DNA from: Candidatus Latescibacterota bacterium
GTDB taxonomy: Bacteria; Latescibacterota; UBA2968; UBA8231
Direction of reading: 5' to 3'
NCBI GenBank assembly: GCA_965261395.1
Contig: OZ253462.1
Location: 3,872,001 to 3,936,000, forward strand
Length of the DNA stretch: 64,000 nt
A model generated the notes under the pieces. It ran no database searches and was not told where the DNA came from. It saw only the letters and a program-made list of their open reading frames with translations. Positions 1 to 9,604 of this stretch are shown here, piece by piece. Positions within the stretch are counted from its first letter, which is position 1; each line of letters starts with the position of its first letter. A program made the translations under genes and the position numbers.

Positions 1-81
1 ATGCCGCCGCATGTGTACGAAAATGCAAACCCCCGGTTGAAACGGCTGCTCGGCTTCCTCGATCACGGCGCGTACGGTTAA
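1..81 (+). CDS. 3' end of a CDS entering from the left edge (possibly a PhyH-like dioxygenase C-terminus)
   Basis: Frame open from base 1 to TAA at 79-81 (..VYENANPRLKRLLGFLDHGAYG*); the 'RLLG' tail resembles PhyH C-termini in this window. Confidence 0.4.
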   Translation: MPPHVYENANPRLKRLLGFLDHGAYG

Positions 82-136
82 TGCGAGAACTATTGCTGGC
101 GTTGAGTCGAATAGGAATAGGAAAGGAGAAAACCTC

Positions 137-2200
137 ATGAGGAATACATACGGTAGCATCCTAATTGCTGTACTCATAGCGTCGAGCGCTTGTCTGGCCA
201 GCACGCAGAGCCAGCCATCGGTTGCGACCATCACCGGCGAAATCCGGGACCCAACTTCGCGGGAAATCACATTTAGCTACGAATCGCCGTCGGCGCTGGA
301 AAACTCCGAGCAGCGCGTCGTTCTCGACAGTCTGAATCGCTTCTCCTTCGAACTGCCTGTCGTCCGAGGGACCCTCGTCAGGGCCTATTACAATGAAGCA
401 CGGTCGATCTTCTTCGTCGAACCCGGCGACAGTCTGCATGTCGTCGTGGAGGAGGGCTTTTCCGATTCCTCCCACTCGTTTAGCGGTCCAGGAGCCGACA
501 ATAACCGCTTCGTGGTTGAGTGGATGGCGGAATTTGGTACTCCCAGTCTGGATTACGAGGGTCTGGAGGTCGAGGATTTCAAGCGTCAAGTAGATCAGCG
601 GCGTCGAGATCAGTCCGAGTTTCTGGCCGCAAGGCGAGAGCAATACGCGCTCTCGCCAGGGTTCATCGACTATGCGACGGCTCAATTCAACTACGAGTGG
701 GCCAGACTCATGATTTCCTACCCGACGAATTACTACTTTGCCAACGGCCACGGGAACATAGATCTCCCCCCGAAGTACTACGACTTCCTACAGGAAATTC
801 CCCTAGTCGATGAGAAGGCTATCGGCACGATGGACTATCACACGTTTCTGGTGCGGACCTTGGACTGGGAGTCGCGGGAACGGAGAGATGAGGCCGGACC
901 CTTCGGGCGGCCAAGTAGAGCTATTGGCCGGCTGCCTAGAGATCGCGGGGAGTTAGACAAGATGCCCAACCCATTTAGGCGGCCCAACCTGTCCGAGATG
1001 TACGATCTAGCGGATCTGGAACTGTCGGAGGAGACCTTGGCCCAACTCGACTCGATGTACGAAGCGGACAGACTACCCAGCCTGTCGCAGATGGTCGATT
1101 TGTCGGCGGTTGGTTTGTTGTCGGCCGCTCAGGTCCGGCTCGACTCAATGTACAAAAGAAAGAGACTTCCCAAGCTCTCCCAGAGTTTTGATTTGTCGGT
1201 GTTTGGTCTTTCGGGGGCTGACCAAGCCCGAATCGACTCCTTACATGAAAAGTCCAAATCCTATAGCTTCTCCACTTCAAATAATGTAGAGGAAGCTAGA
1301 GTGGATACGACGGATGGAGTGTTGGCGTTCTACTTGCCGCTAGAAATAAAGATGGATTCTCTGAAAAAAGAGCCACCCAAGCTATCCGAGAAACTCGACC
1401 TATCGTGGCTGTCGGAAGCCGCCCGTGCCCAACTCGATTCGATGTACGAACATCGCCAGCCGCTCAAGCTCTCCGAGAGGATCGATTTATCGAGCCTTGG
1501 TCTGTCGGGGGCGGTGCAGGCCCAGCTTGATTCGATGACTACGGGGAACCGTACTCTGAAGACGTGGAATAGTTCTTCGGCAAGATACGATCTGGCCGAG
1601 GAAAAACTGGAGGGGCGAGTTCTCTACTGGTTTTTGGCCGGAGAGGTGATCCGTGGCTTCAAGCGCGACAGCGCAGCCTTTGAGTTCGCCCAGCGCAAGT
1701 GGGAAGAGTTCCAAGAGATCAACCCACACTCGGAATACACCGAGGTCGTCCAAGCGGCTCTATATAAGGCTCTGAAGCTACAACCAGGGCAACCCGCACC
1801 GGACTTCACCCTCCACGACCTCGACGGGCAGCCCGTATCGCTGAGCCAGTTCAAGGGGCAGGTGGTTCTGCTCGATTTCTGGGCGAGTTGGTGCGGGCCG
1901 TGTATCGGCGACCTGCCCGATCTCCGTGCAATCAAGGAAAAGGCGGCGGATCAACCCTTGGTCTTCCTCAATCTGTCGCTAGACACGGACGAGGCTGCTT
2001 GGCGAGAGGCGGTTGATAAACACGAGATCGAAGGAGTCCACGTGCGGGCGGACGGCTGGGGCGCGGACGTGGCCAAGTCCTACCAAGTAAACTCCTTGCC
2101 TTCGTATTACTTGGTGGACTCGCAAGGATTGATCGTAGAGCGTCTTAGGATGATAAGACGTACAGACGAGATTGTGGCGACGATCGAGAAGAGCTTGTAG
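137..2200 (+). CDS. Exported TlpA/ResA-family thiol-disulfide oxidoreductase with internal ~31-aa repeats
   Basis: RBS aaggag; N-terminal signal peptide; C-terminal GQPAPDFTL..VLLDFWASWCGPC redoxin domain. Confidence 0.85.
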   Translation: MRNTYGSILIAVLIASSACLASTQSQPSVATITGEIRDPTSREITFSYESPSALENSEQRVVLDSLNRFSFELPVVRGTLVRAYYNEARSIFFVEPGDSLHVVVEEGFSDSSHSFSGPGADNNRFVVEWMAEFGTPSLDYEGLEVEDFKRQVDQRRRDQSEFLAARREQYALSPGFIDYATAQFNYEWARLMISYPTNYYFANGHGNIDLPPKYYDFLQEIPLVDEKAIGTMDYHTFLVRTLDWESRERRDEAGPFGRPSRAIGRLPRDRGELDKMPNPFRRPNLSEMYDLADLELSEETLAQLDSMYEADRLPSLSQMVDLSAVGLLSAAQVRLDSMYKRKRLPKLSQSFDLSVFGLSGADQARIDSLHEKSKSYSFSTSNNVEEARVDTTDGVLAFYLPLEIKMDSLKKEPPKLSEKLDLSWLSEAARAQLDSMYEHRQPLKLSERIDLSSLGLSGAVQAQLDSMTTGNRTLKTWNSSSARYDLAEEKLEGRVLYWFLAGEVIRGFKRDSAAFEFAQRKWEEFQEINPHSEYTEVVQAALYKALKLQPGQPAPDFTLHDLDGQPVSLSQFKGQVVLLDFWASWCGPCIGDLPDLRAIKEKAADQPLVFLNLSLDTDEAAWREAVDKHEIEGVHVRADGWGADVAKSYQVNSLPSYYLVDSQGLIVERLRMIRRTDEIVATIEKSL
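983..1540 (+). repeat. Five imperfect ~31-aa coding repeats (P/KLSExxDLSxxGLSxxxQAQLDSMYE)
   Basis: Three tandem copies at ~983-1250, a spacer, then two more at ~1375-1540. Confidence 0.8.
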
Positions 2201-2319
2201 GCGTCCCTTGAGTCGAATCCGTGCGTTCTAAATTCAAAAAGCCCACTCTCCCGCGTGTTGCAGAGCCAAGCTAGCGTGATTAGGTTGCGGATGGTAGTGC
2301 CTCCCAAGGAGAAAAGCCC

Positions 2320-2730
2320 ATGAAAGCGCTCGTCGTGCTCGCCGCGTTAGCATGGACGGGGACGTCTTGTTCCGGTCCGACCACGAGCACGGATATGGTA
2401 TTCGACTCTGCCACCGAAGGGCCGGCGACCTTTGCGCAGGTGCAAGAGACGATATTCGATGTTTCCTGCGCTTTGAGCGGCTGCCACGGCGACAGCGCTT
2501 GGCCCAACCTGTCCGCCGGGCAAGCATACGACAATATCGTTGATGTGGAGAGCAGCCGTGGCATAGCGCTGGTCGAGCCGGGCGATCCCGACAACAGCTA
2601 CCTGTATCGCAAACTCCTGGCAGACGCCGATGTCGATGGAGTCCGCATGCCCCTGGGTGGGCCGTACCTGACCCCGGACGCGCTTGAAACGGTGCGCGCT
2701 TGGATAGAAAAGGGAGCACCCAACGACTAA
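2320..2730 (+). CDS. Lipoprotein c-type cytochrome (CX4CH heme motif)
   Basis: RBS aaggag; lipobox-like ..GTSC; SCALSGCH; PGDPDNSYL..RMP..WIEKGA typical of small monoheme cytochrome c domains. Confidence 0.75.
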   Translation: MKALVVLAALAWTGTSCSGPTTSTDMVFDSATEGPATFAQVQETIFDVSCALSGCHGDSAWPNLSAGQAYDNIVDVESSRGIALVEPGDPDNSYLYRKLLADADVDGVRMPLGGPYLTPDALETVRAWIEKGAPND

Positions 2731-2749
2731 TTCGCGCCGGGCAACGTGT

Positions 2750-3322
2750 ATGCGTTGGCTCATCCCGTTTCTGATCTGTTCACCGCTGGCCGTCCACGGC
2801 GGCGAATGGCACGTCGATAAAAAGGCCGAGGGCAACCAAGTCGCGTTCACTTCCAAAGTGGTGGCCTTCACTTTTATCGGCACGACCGATAAAATCGACG
2901 GCTTTATCTATTGGGAAGGCGAGTCGCTTTTTGCGGCCAAGGACCAACTGCATTTTGAAGTGGACTTAGCCAGCTTCGATACGGGCATTGGCAAGCGGGA
3001 CCGCGATATGCGCCAAGTGCTGGACGCGGACCAGTGGCCCAAAGCCATGTACAAAGGGGAGATCGCCGAACACACCGCAGTCGATTCCACCGTGGTCGCC
3101 TATCGCGTCAAGACCAAGGGGATCCTGTCGCTACACGGGGTGGATCGGGCCGTAGAAGTGCCCGGTACCGTAGTGGTGGAAGAGGGGCGCTCCAAGGTCG
3201 AGGCGGCTTTCACCATTAAGCTGGCCGATTACAAGATCGAAGCACCCTCTTTGGCGGCCTTTGTCAAGGTGAACGAGGAAATTGCCGTCGAGGTCTCGTT
3301 CTACTTAAAACACGTACAATAG
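2750..3322 (+). CDS. YceI-family lipid/polyisoprenoid-binding protein
   Basis: Signal peptide; VDLASFDTGIGKRD, G.LSLHGV.R.V, F.IKLADYKI motifs. Confidence 0.85.
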   Translation: MRWLIPFLICSPLAVHGGEWHVDKKAEGNQVAFTSKVVAFTFIGTTDKIDGFIYWEGESLFAAKDQLHFEVDLASFDTGIGKRDRDMRQVLDADQWPKAMYKGEIAEHTAVDSTVVAYRVKTKGILSLHGVDRAVEVPGTVVVEEGRSKVEAAFTIKLADYKIEAPSLAAFVKVNEEIAVEVSFYLKHVQ

Positions 3323-3339
3323 GGCAGGAGGGATTGATC

Positions 3340-4200
3340 GTGAACATGCGCGTCTTGTGGTTGGTAGCGCTGTTGCCAGCTTTGGCTGGAGCTCAGCCGT
3401 CGTGGCAGGAGAGTATGCCGACTGAGGTCCGGCTGGAGCTGTTCAGCGCTATTAAGACGGCCAATTACCCCACCACTGAAACGCTGTATCAAGGCGATTT
3501 CCACTACGAGATTTCGCACCGCTTTTCCCCGCCGATTGACGAGGGGTACAAGGCCAACTTCGGTTTTGATGGGCCGGCCAATATCCGCACCTCGCTGAGT
3601 TACGGCCTTAGCGACCGGCTGATGGCGACCTTGGGGCGAAGTAATGTGCTGGACAATTTGGATCTACAGTTGCAATACCATTGGCTGCAATTTTCCCACG
3701 AGCACTTGCCGGCGGTCGTGGCCCTAAACGTCGGCATGGCTTGGAATACGGAGATGCCGGCGATTGTCGAGCGCAATGCTGCTGCTGCTGACAATTTTCA
3801 GTACTATGGGCAATTGATTGTCAATGCGCTGCTGGACGAAAGGTTGGGCATAGGATTGGTGCCTTCCTATCTGTACAACAGCGCTATTTTCAGCGTCGAT
3901 AGGCAGTACACCTTTACGCTGGGGACCTATGTCCAGTATTACTTCGACGATACGTGGGGCGTGTGGTTGGAGTACAGTCCGACCCTGACCGGGTACCAGG
4001 GCATTTTATTGCCGGGCGAAGTGGGCCGCTCGCACAATTCGCTGGCTTGGGGCCTGTCTATAGATACGGGGGGACATACCTTTTACATTTTCGCCACCAA
4101 CAATACGCGCCTTAGTCCAGCCCAGTATTTGGTGGGGGCACCCGACGAAGCGGCCCCTAGCAACTGGCGCATGGGCTTTGGAATTACGCGCTTTTTGTAA
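3340..4200 (+). CDS. DUF5777-family outer-membrane beta-barrel protein
   Basis: RBS aggagg; signal peptide; ISHRF, FGFDG.ANIR, DTGGHTF.IF.TN motifs; C-terminal GFGITRF. Confidence 0.75.
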   Translation: MNMRVLWLVALLPALAGAQPSWQESMPTEVRLELFSAIKTANYPTTETLYQGDFHYEISHRFSPPIDEGYKANFGFDGPANIRTSLSYGLSDRLMATLGRSNVLDNLDLQLQYHWLQFSHEHLPAVVALNVGMAWNTEMPAIVERNAAAADNFQYYGQLIVNALLDERLGIGLVPSYLYNSAIFSVDRQYTFTLGTYVQYYFDDTWGVWLEYSPTLTGYQGILLPGEVGRSHNSLAWGLSIDTGGHTFYIFATNNTRLSPAQYLVGAPDEAAPSNWRMGFGITRFL

Positions 4201-4213
4201 GGCCCTGCGCATC

Positions 4214-5452
4214 GTGCTCGACGACCGCTTCATCCGCCCCCGCTATAACGGCCACTGTTTTGCCGACCTGCCGGCCACCATCAAATACGTTCTGACGGGC
4301 CAAGGATCGCCCAGCCTCGACCCGGCGCTCTTGACGGCTGTGCAAGGCCCCTGCGACACTGTGGTGCTCTTTTTTATTGACGCCTTTGGCTGGCGCTTTT
4401 TCGAGCGCTACCAGGACCGCTATCCCTTCCTCAGCGATATTAGCCGTGGGGGGTCGGTGGCCCGCCTCACCTCCCAGTTTCCATCTACCACCGCCGCTCA
4501 CATCACCTGCATTCACACGGGCCAGCCAGCCGGGCACAGCGGCGTCTTTGAATGGCAGTACTACGAGCCAAGCCTCGACGCTATTATCACCCCGCTGCCC
4601 TTTGCCCGAGCCGACAGCAACCGGCCCAATTCGCTGCCACAGGAAGCGGCTCGGACCGTCTTCCCTCAGGGCACGTTGTACCAAGAGTTGGGGCAGTTAG
4701 GGGTCGAGAGTTGCGTTTTCCAAAGCCGCGCCTTTACTCCCTCGACCTGCTCTGACACGTATTTGCAAGGTGCCCAAGTCTATCCCTGCTACACTCTTTC
4801 CGAGGCCCTGACCAATCTGGCATCTCTGCTGCAAAAACCGCGTTCAGGGCCGGCCTATTTCCTGTTCTACTTCGACCAAATCGACCTTATAGGCCACTGC
4901 TACGGTCCGGACTCGCCGCAGTTTCAAGTCGAAATCGACACCTTTCTGACCGCGGTTGAGCGGCTCTTTTGGCGTCCGCTAGCCGGCCGTTTGCAGCGCA
5001 CTCTGTTCGCCCTCATCGCCGATCACGGTCAGGCTGCGGTCAACCCGGAAACCACCGTGTACATCAATGACGAGACTCGCTTTCCCGGCTTGGTTCCGAT
5101 GCTGCGCACTGATCGCGCCGGTCGCCCTCTAGTGCCAGCCGGCGCGTGCCGCGATTTCTTTCTCTACGTCGAGGACGACCGGCTCGACGAAGCCCACGCC
5201 TTGTTGGCCCGCCAACTCGAAGGCTGTGCCCAAGTCTGCCGCACCGCGGATCTGATCGAAGCTGGCCTCTTTGGACCACTGCCGCTGTCTCAGCGCTTTC
5301 TCGACCGGGTGGGCAACTTGGTCGTCCTGCCCTTTGCCGGCGAGTCGGTCTGGTGGTACGAAAAAGACAAATTTGAGATGAAAAAGCACGGTGCCCACGG
5401 GGGCCTGACCCCGGCCGAAGTAGAAATCCCGCTGCTGCTGTTCTATTTTTGA
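4214..5452 (+). CDS. Alkaline-phosphatase-superfamily nucleotide pyrophosphatase/phosphodiesterase
   Basis: IDAFG, FPSTT nucleophile, D..GH.YGP, ADHG, HGGL.P.E motifs; start uncertain (TTG 4178 or GTG 4214). Confidence 0.85.
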   Translation: MLDDRFIRPRYNGHCFADLPATIKYVLTGQGSPSLDPALLTAVQGPCDTVVLFFIDAFGWRFFERYQDRYPFLSDISRGGSVARLTSQFPSTTAAHITCIHTGQPAGHSGVFEWQYYEPSLDAIITPLPFARADSNRPNSLPQEAARTVFPQGTLYQELGQLGVESCVFQSRAFTPSTCSDTYLQGAQVYPCYTLSEALTNLASLLQKPRSGPAYFLFYFDQIDLIGHCYGPDSPQFQVEIDTFLTAVERLFWRPLAGRLQRTLFALIADHGQAAVNPETTVYINDETRFPGLVPMLRTDRAGRPLVPAGACRDFFLYVEDDRLDEAHALLARQLEGCAQVCRTADLIEAGLFGPLPLSQRFLDRVGNLVVLPFAGESVWWYEKDKFEMKKHGAHGGLTPAEVEIPLLLFYF

Positions 5453-7224
5453 CCCTTGGCCAGAAAAACCATTCGCCTGACCACCTCGTGAACTTCATCC
5501 GCCAGTTCTATCGCCTCGTCCGTCCCCAACGTACCCTCCTGGCCCTGACCATCGGCTGCGGATTCCTCTTTGTTGCCACCAACCTGCTGCCGCCCTTGGT
5601 CATCCGCCGCCTCATCCAATGGCTCACCGAAGGGGGTGGCTCCTCGGCCGGTCTGCTGAAGCTATCCCTCTTGCTGCTGGGCACCTACCTGATCCGGGGC
5701 TTGGTGCGCTACGGCTATGGCCTGTACTCGCACATGGCCGCCTATCAAGTCATGCACCGGCTTATGACCAGGGTGTACCGCCATTTGCAACGGATGCCGC
5801 ACCGCTTTTTCCACCAGCGCCGCACCGGCGAACTCATGGCTCGTTCCATCAACGACGTGGAGACTGTGGAGGACTTTATCGCCCACGGCATTCCCGAGAC
5901 CTTTATCGCCTTGGTCATTCCCGGTGCCATGTTGACCGTGCTGTTCATCCTCGACGCCCGCCTCGCCCTCATCGCGCTGCTGCCCATCCCCCTGACCGCC
6001 TTCCTCGTCTTTCGCTACGTCTCGCGGGTGCGGGGCATGTGGGCCGGAGTGCGGGGCGGCTTGGGCGATTTGGTGGCCCAAGTGCAGGACTACCTCTCCG
6101 GCGTCTCCGTCATTAAATCGTTCGTCCAGGAAGAGCGCTGCGCCCGCAGCATCGAGGCCCGCAGCCAGACCTTCCGCGACCGCATGATCGCCGCCAACAA
6201 GCTCTCGATTATCCCCTCCGGCCTAATCGAAGGAGCCGGTGGGGTAGGGGTGGTGCTGGTGATCTGGGCGGGGGGCACTGATGCGCTCCAAGGCGGCATT
6301 TCCGTGGCCGATCTGTTTGTCTTCGTCGCCTATATGGCCCATATCTACGAGCCTTTTCTGCGCTTGGCCGCCATCAACGACGTGCTGCAGAAAGCGGCCT
6401 CCAGCACCGAGCGGGTCTTCGCCTTGCTGGCGCAAAAACCTACTATCGTTGACGCGCCCAACGCCGTGGCTCCAGCCCATTTGGACTGGTCCTTGCGCTT
6501 CGATCACCTCACCTTTGGCTACGAGCCGGACCAGTTCGTGCTGCACGATATTGATTTCCAGGTAGAAGCCGGACAGGTGGTGGCCTTGGTCGGCCCCACG
6601 GGCGCTGGCAAGAGCACCATTGCCGCCCTAGTGCCGCGCTACTACGACCCGCAAGGGGGCCGAGTCGAACTGGGAGGGCGCGATGTGCGGAGCCTGCCCT
6701 TGGACTATCTGCGCGGCCACATCGCCTCCGTCCCCCAAGACGTCTTTCTCTTTCACGGCACCGTGCGCGACAACATCCTCTTTGGCCGACCCGAAGCCAG
6801 CCAGGCCGACATGGAGGAAGCAGCCCGGGCGGCCAATGCCGAGGAATTCATCTGCGATTTGCCCGAAGGCTACGACACTTTGATCGGCGAGCGCGGCGTG
6901 CGTCTGTCGGGCGGCCAAAAGCAGCGTCTATCCATTGCCCGCGCCTTGCTCAAAAACGTCCCGGTCCTACTCCTCGACGAGGCCACTTCCTCGGTGGACA
7001 CCGCAACCGAGGCCCTCATCCAAGAGGCCGTCCAGCGCCTCATCCACAACCGCACCACCTTGGTCATTGCCCACCGCCTGTCCACCGTGCGCCGGGCCGA
7101 TTTGATCCTAGTGCTGGACCGAGGCCGCATTGTCGAGCGCGGCACGCACGAATCCTTACTCGCCGGGGGCGGTCTCTACACCCACATGGTTCAGGCCCAG
7201 GAATTGACCGACGCGCTGGTCTAA
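5449..7224 (+). CDS. ABC exporter, fused permease + ATPase (MsbA/MdlB-like)
   Basis: TM region then GPTGAGKS, LSGGQKQR, LLLDEATS, IAHRLST. Confidence 0.92.
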   Translation: MTLGQKNHSPDHLVNFIRQFYRLVRPQRTLLALTIGCGFLFVATNLLPPLVIRRLIQWLTEGGGSSAGLLKLSLLLLGTYLIRGLVRYGYGLYSHMAAYQVMHRLMTRVYRHLQRMPHRFFHQRRTGELMARSINDVETVEDFIAHGIPETFIALVIPGAMLTVLFILDARLALIALLPIPLTAFLVFRYVSRVRGMWAGVRGGLGDLVAQVQDYLSGVSVIKSFVQEERCARSIEARSQTFRDRMIAANKLSIIPSGLIEGAGGVGVVLVIWAGGTDALQGGISVADLFVFVAYMAHIYEPFLRLAAINDVLQKAASSTERVFALLAQKPTIVDAPNAVAPAHLDWSLRFDHLTFGYEPDQFVLHDIDFQVEAGQVVALVGPTGAGKSTIAALVPRYYDPQGGRVELGGRDVRSLPLDYLRGHIASVPQDVFLFHGTVRDNILFGRPEASQADMEEAARAANAEEFICDLPEGYDTLIGERGVRLSGGQKQRLSIARALLKNVPVLLLDEATSSVDTATEALIQEAVQRLIHNRTTLVIAHRLSTVRRADLILVLDRGRIVERGTHESLLAGGGLYTHMVQAQELTDALV

Positions 7225-7255
7225 AACCGCCTAAAGGCTCAAAGGTAAGGTCAGG

Positions 7256-9604
7256 TCAATAGGCGACGGCGACGGTGCGCAGGGTAGTGTCTACGCCCGC
7301 GTCAGCACCTAGGTCTATGCGGTAGAGATAGGCACCCGGCCGCACAAGGTTCCCAGCCGCATCGCGACCGGTCCAGCTAAAGACGTAGGTTGCGCCTTGT
7401 ACGGTTGGTGGTGGGAGTTCGGATACTGGGCGTCCGGCTAGATCATAGATCAGCACTCGAGGTGTCTGATCCGTCACCTTGAAGGCGACGAAGCGGATCA
7501 GGACCTCATCGTTGGTACCATCGCCGTTGGGGGTCAGCACCGGGGAGGAGAGCGAAAGCTCGTCAATGAGCTTGGTGGCGTCTGCGAGAGCGGGCAACAT
7601 GACTATATTGGCGCGGCGAGTTTCCGCCTCGACCGATTGCCACAAGTCGGGCCGTTCGCTCGAACCCAGATCTAGGCCGAAGAGCGTGGCGTTTTGCACT
7701 ACACGGGTGGTGAAACTGACCTCAACTGAGTCGGCTGTAACGGCGGAGGGCAGGTCAATGTGCAGGGAGTCGGCGCGGATGTCGACAAAGGACGGCTCGA
7801 CGGCCACACCACCTATTTGCACATCGATGCCTGATGCCGCAGCAGACAGATCAAAGCGCATCAGGTCGAATCCCGAGTCCTCGGGGTCGCTTGTGGGCAA
7901 GACCGAATAGGTGAAGCGGGTGTCCTCGTTGGGCTGGGCGGTTCTGGGCTCGATGCGGCCTAGTGCGCCCTGCAAGAGCGCGTCCTCATACTCAATGGAC
8001 AGTGCGGAGACTTTGGGCGCTACTTGCGGATCGTCTGTCGAGAGGATCATCTCCAGCTGCATAAAGCGGCGCGGGCTCTGCGATTTGAAGGCTTCGCCGG
8101 AAAAGGTGTACTCCTCGCTCCACTCGTTCCAGTCCTCGCTCACTACGACGGTTGTGTCGACCGCCCCTCTGAGCACTTTCGGTGAACTGAGCCATTTTTC
8201 TTCTGTAACAATCTCACCAATCTTGTTGTGAAAAGTATAGACTTCGCCTTGGGTATTGCCCGAGCGCGAACGCAGCTCGATGCGCGTTCCGGAGGGAAGA
8301 TCAGCGTCCCATGAAAGGTTGCTGATGACTTTCGGGCGTCCATCGCCAGCGGCTTCTCCAAGGTTGATGAAGGCTGAGCGCAGAACGACTTGGGCGGGAT
8401 GCCCTGGAGAAAATAGCATCATCTCGGACCAACGCGAGCTCCAGCCCTGGGTCGTATGGGGGTGCCAGAACAGATAGCGGATTGGGCGCGGTCTGAAAGC
8501 ATAGCGCAGGTAGCGCAGGGTCGAGAGGTCGGGTTGTTCGATGAGGGGGGTGAAGTCGAAGGCTTCGGGAGTGGGTAGCTCTGAGCTGATTAGCCGCGTG
8601 CCATCCGAATGCAAGAAGCTGAATCCCCGAGGCGCGCTGGCCAGACTACCGACAGTACCCTCACGGGGGCTGAGCGTGTAGAGGAAGAGGCCGTCGAGCC
8701 AGAACGTGGCACCGAGGTCGATGTAAAACCAAGTGCCCTGTTCCTGCCAGGAGCGGACCCTCCCCTCATAGGCGACGGGAATGATGGCGTTGCCGGTATT
8801 CATGTCCGCGTCGAGGATACCTTCATTGCCACGGGCGGTGAGCCCGTCTATGACGGTGCCTCGGCGCAGCGTACCTAGGCTTATATTGTCGCCGACGGCG
8901 ACGACCTCGATCTCCGCTAGGGCACCCTCATGATCGATGGCTTCGACATTGAAGTTGATATACTGGACGAGACGGGACTGGGCTATGTCAGCGGGTTCGA
9001 TGTCGAGGTTGGGGTCGACGACCTGAGCGCTGTCTTGCAGGTCGAATGACAGAGGGATGACGATGGAAGTGTCTTGGTTGGGCTGGGTAGTGAGATAGAC
9101 TGGCCGGTAGAGGAATACGTCTTTCAGTGGGTCAGAGGTTATGCCGGTGGCGGTGAAAACCGTGAATTGGTGGAAAGGTCTAGCACCATCTTGGTCGGGA
9201 AATTCGAGGCGGATCTCCTTGGCGAGTACGGCGCGGCCGAGGTCTATTTGCACAGACCATTCGTCGAGGGCATCGCTGGGGGAGGCCTGCCAAAAGGTTG
9301 CGGAATCGCCGTCGATGATCCGTCCGGCGGCATCCGGGTTGCTGCCGGCTTTCCAGATGCCACCCGCTACGTTGTCGCCCCGCGAGCGGGTAGCATGGGT
9401 AAAAAGATGAGCATTAGCAGTCGCGTTGATGTCCTGGCGAAATTTGACCAGTTGCAGTTGGCCTGCGTCGCCGAACTCGACTAAACCGTAGGGCATTTCC
9501 CAAGTCGATCACGCGGCGGCGTTGTCAAAACGGAGGACCTCGGCACCGATGGCTGCGGTAGAACAGAGGATACAAATTAGTAGAGACCGCACAGGTTGTT
9601 CCAT
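7256..9604 (-). pseudogene. Secreted FlgD-Ig-tail protein interrupted by an in-frame TGA at codon 32 (9509-9511); the long ORF resumes at 9496
   Basis: ATG at 9604 overlaps the upstream TAA and encodes a signal peptide, MEQPVRSLLICILCSTAAIGAEVLRFDNAAA*STWEMP; the paralog at 52695 has RFDTAREWQSW; C-terminal TPNGDG..IYDLAGR..W.GRD..G.Y. Confidence 0.75.

Noticed and set aside
9470-9511. Selenocysteine insertion at the TGA with a downstream hairpin
   Set aside because: The aligned residue in the paralog is Trp, not Cys, and there is no redox motif
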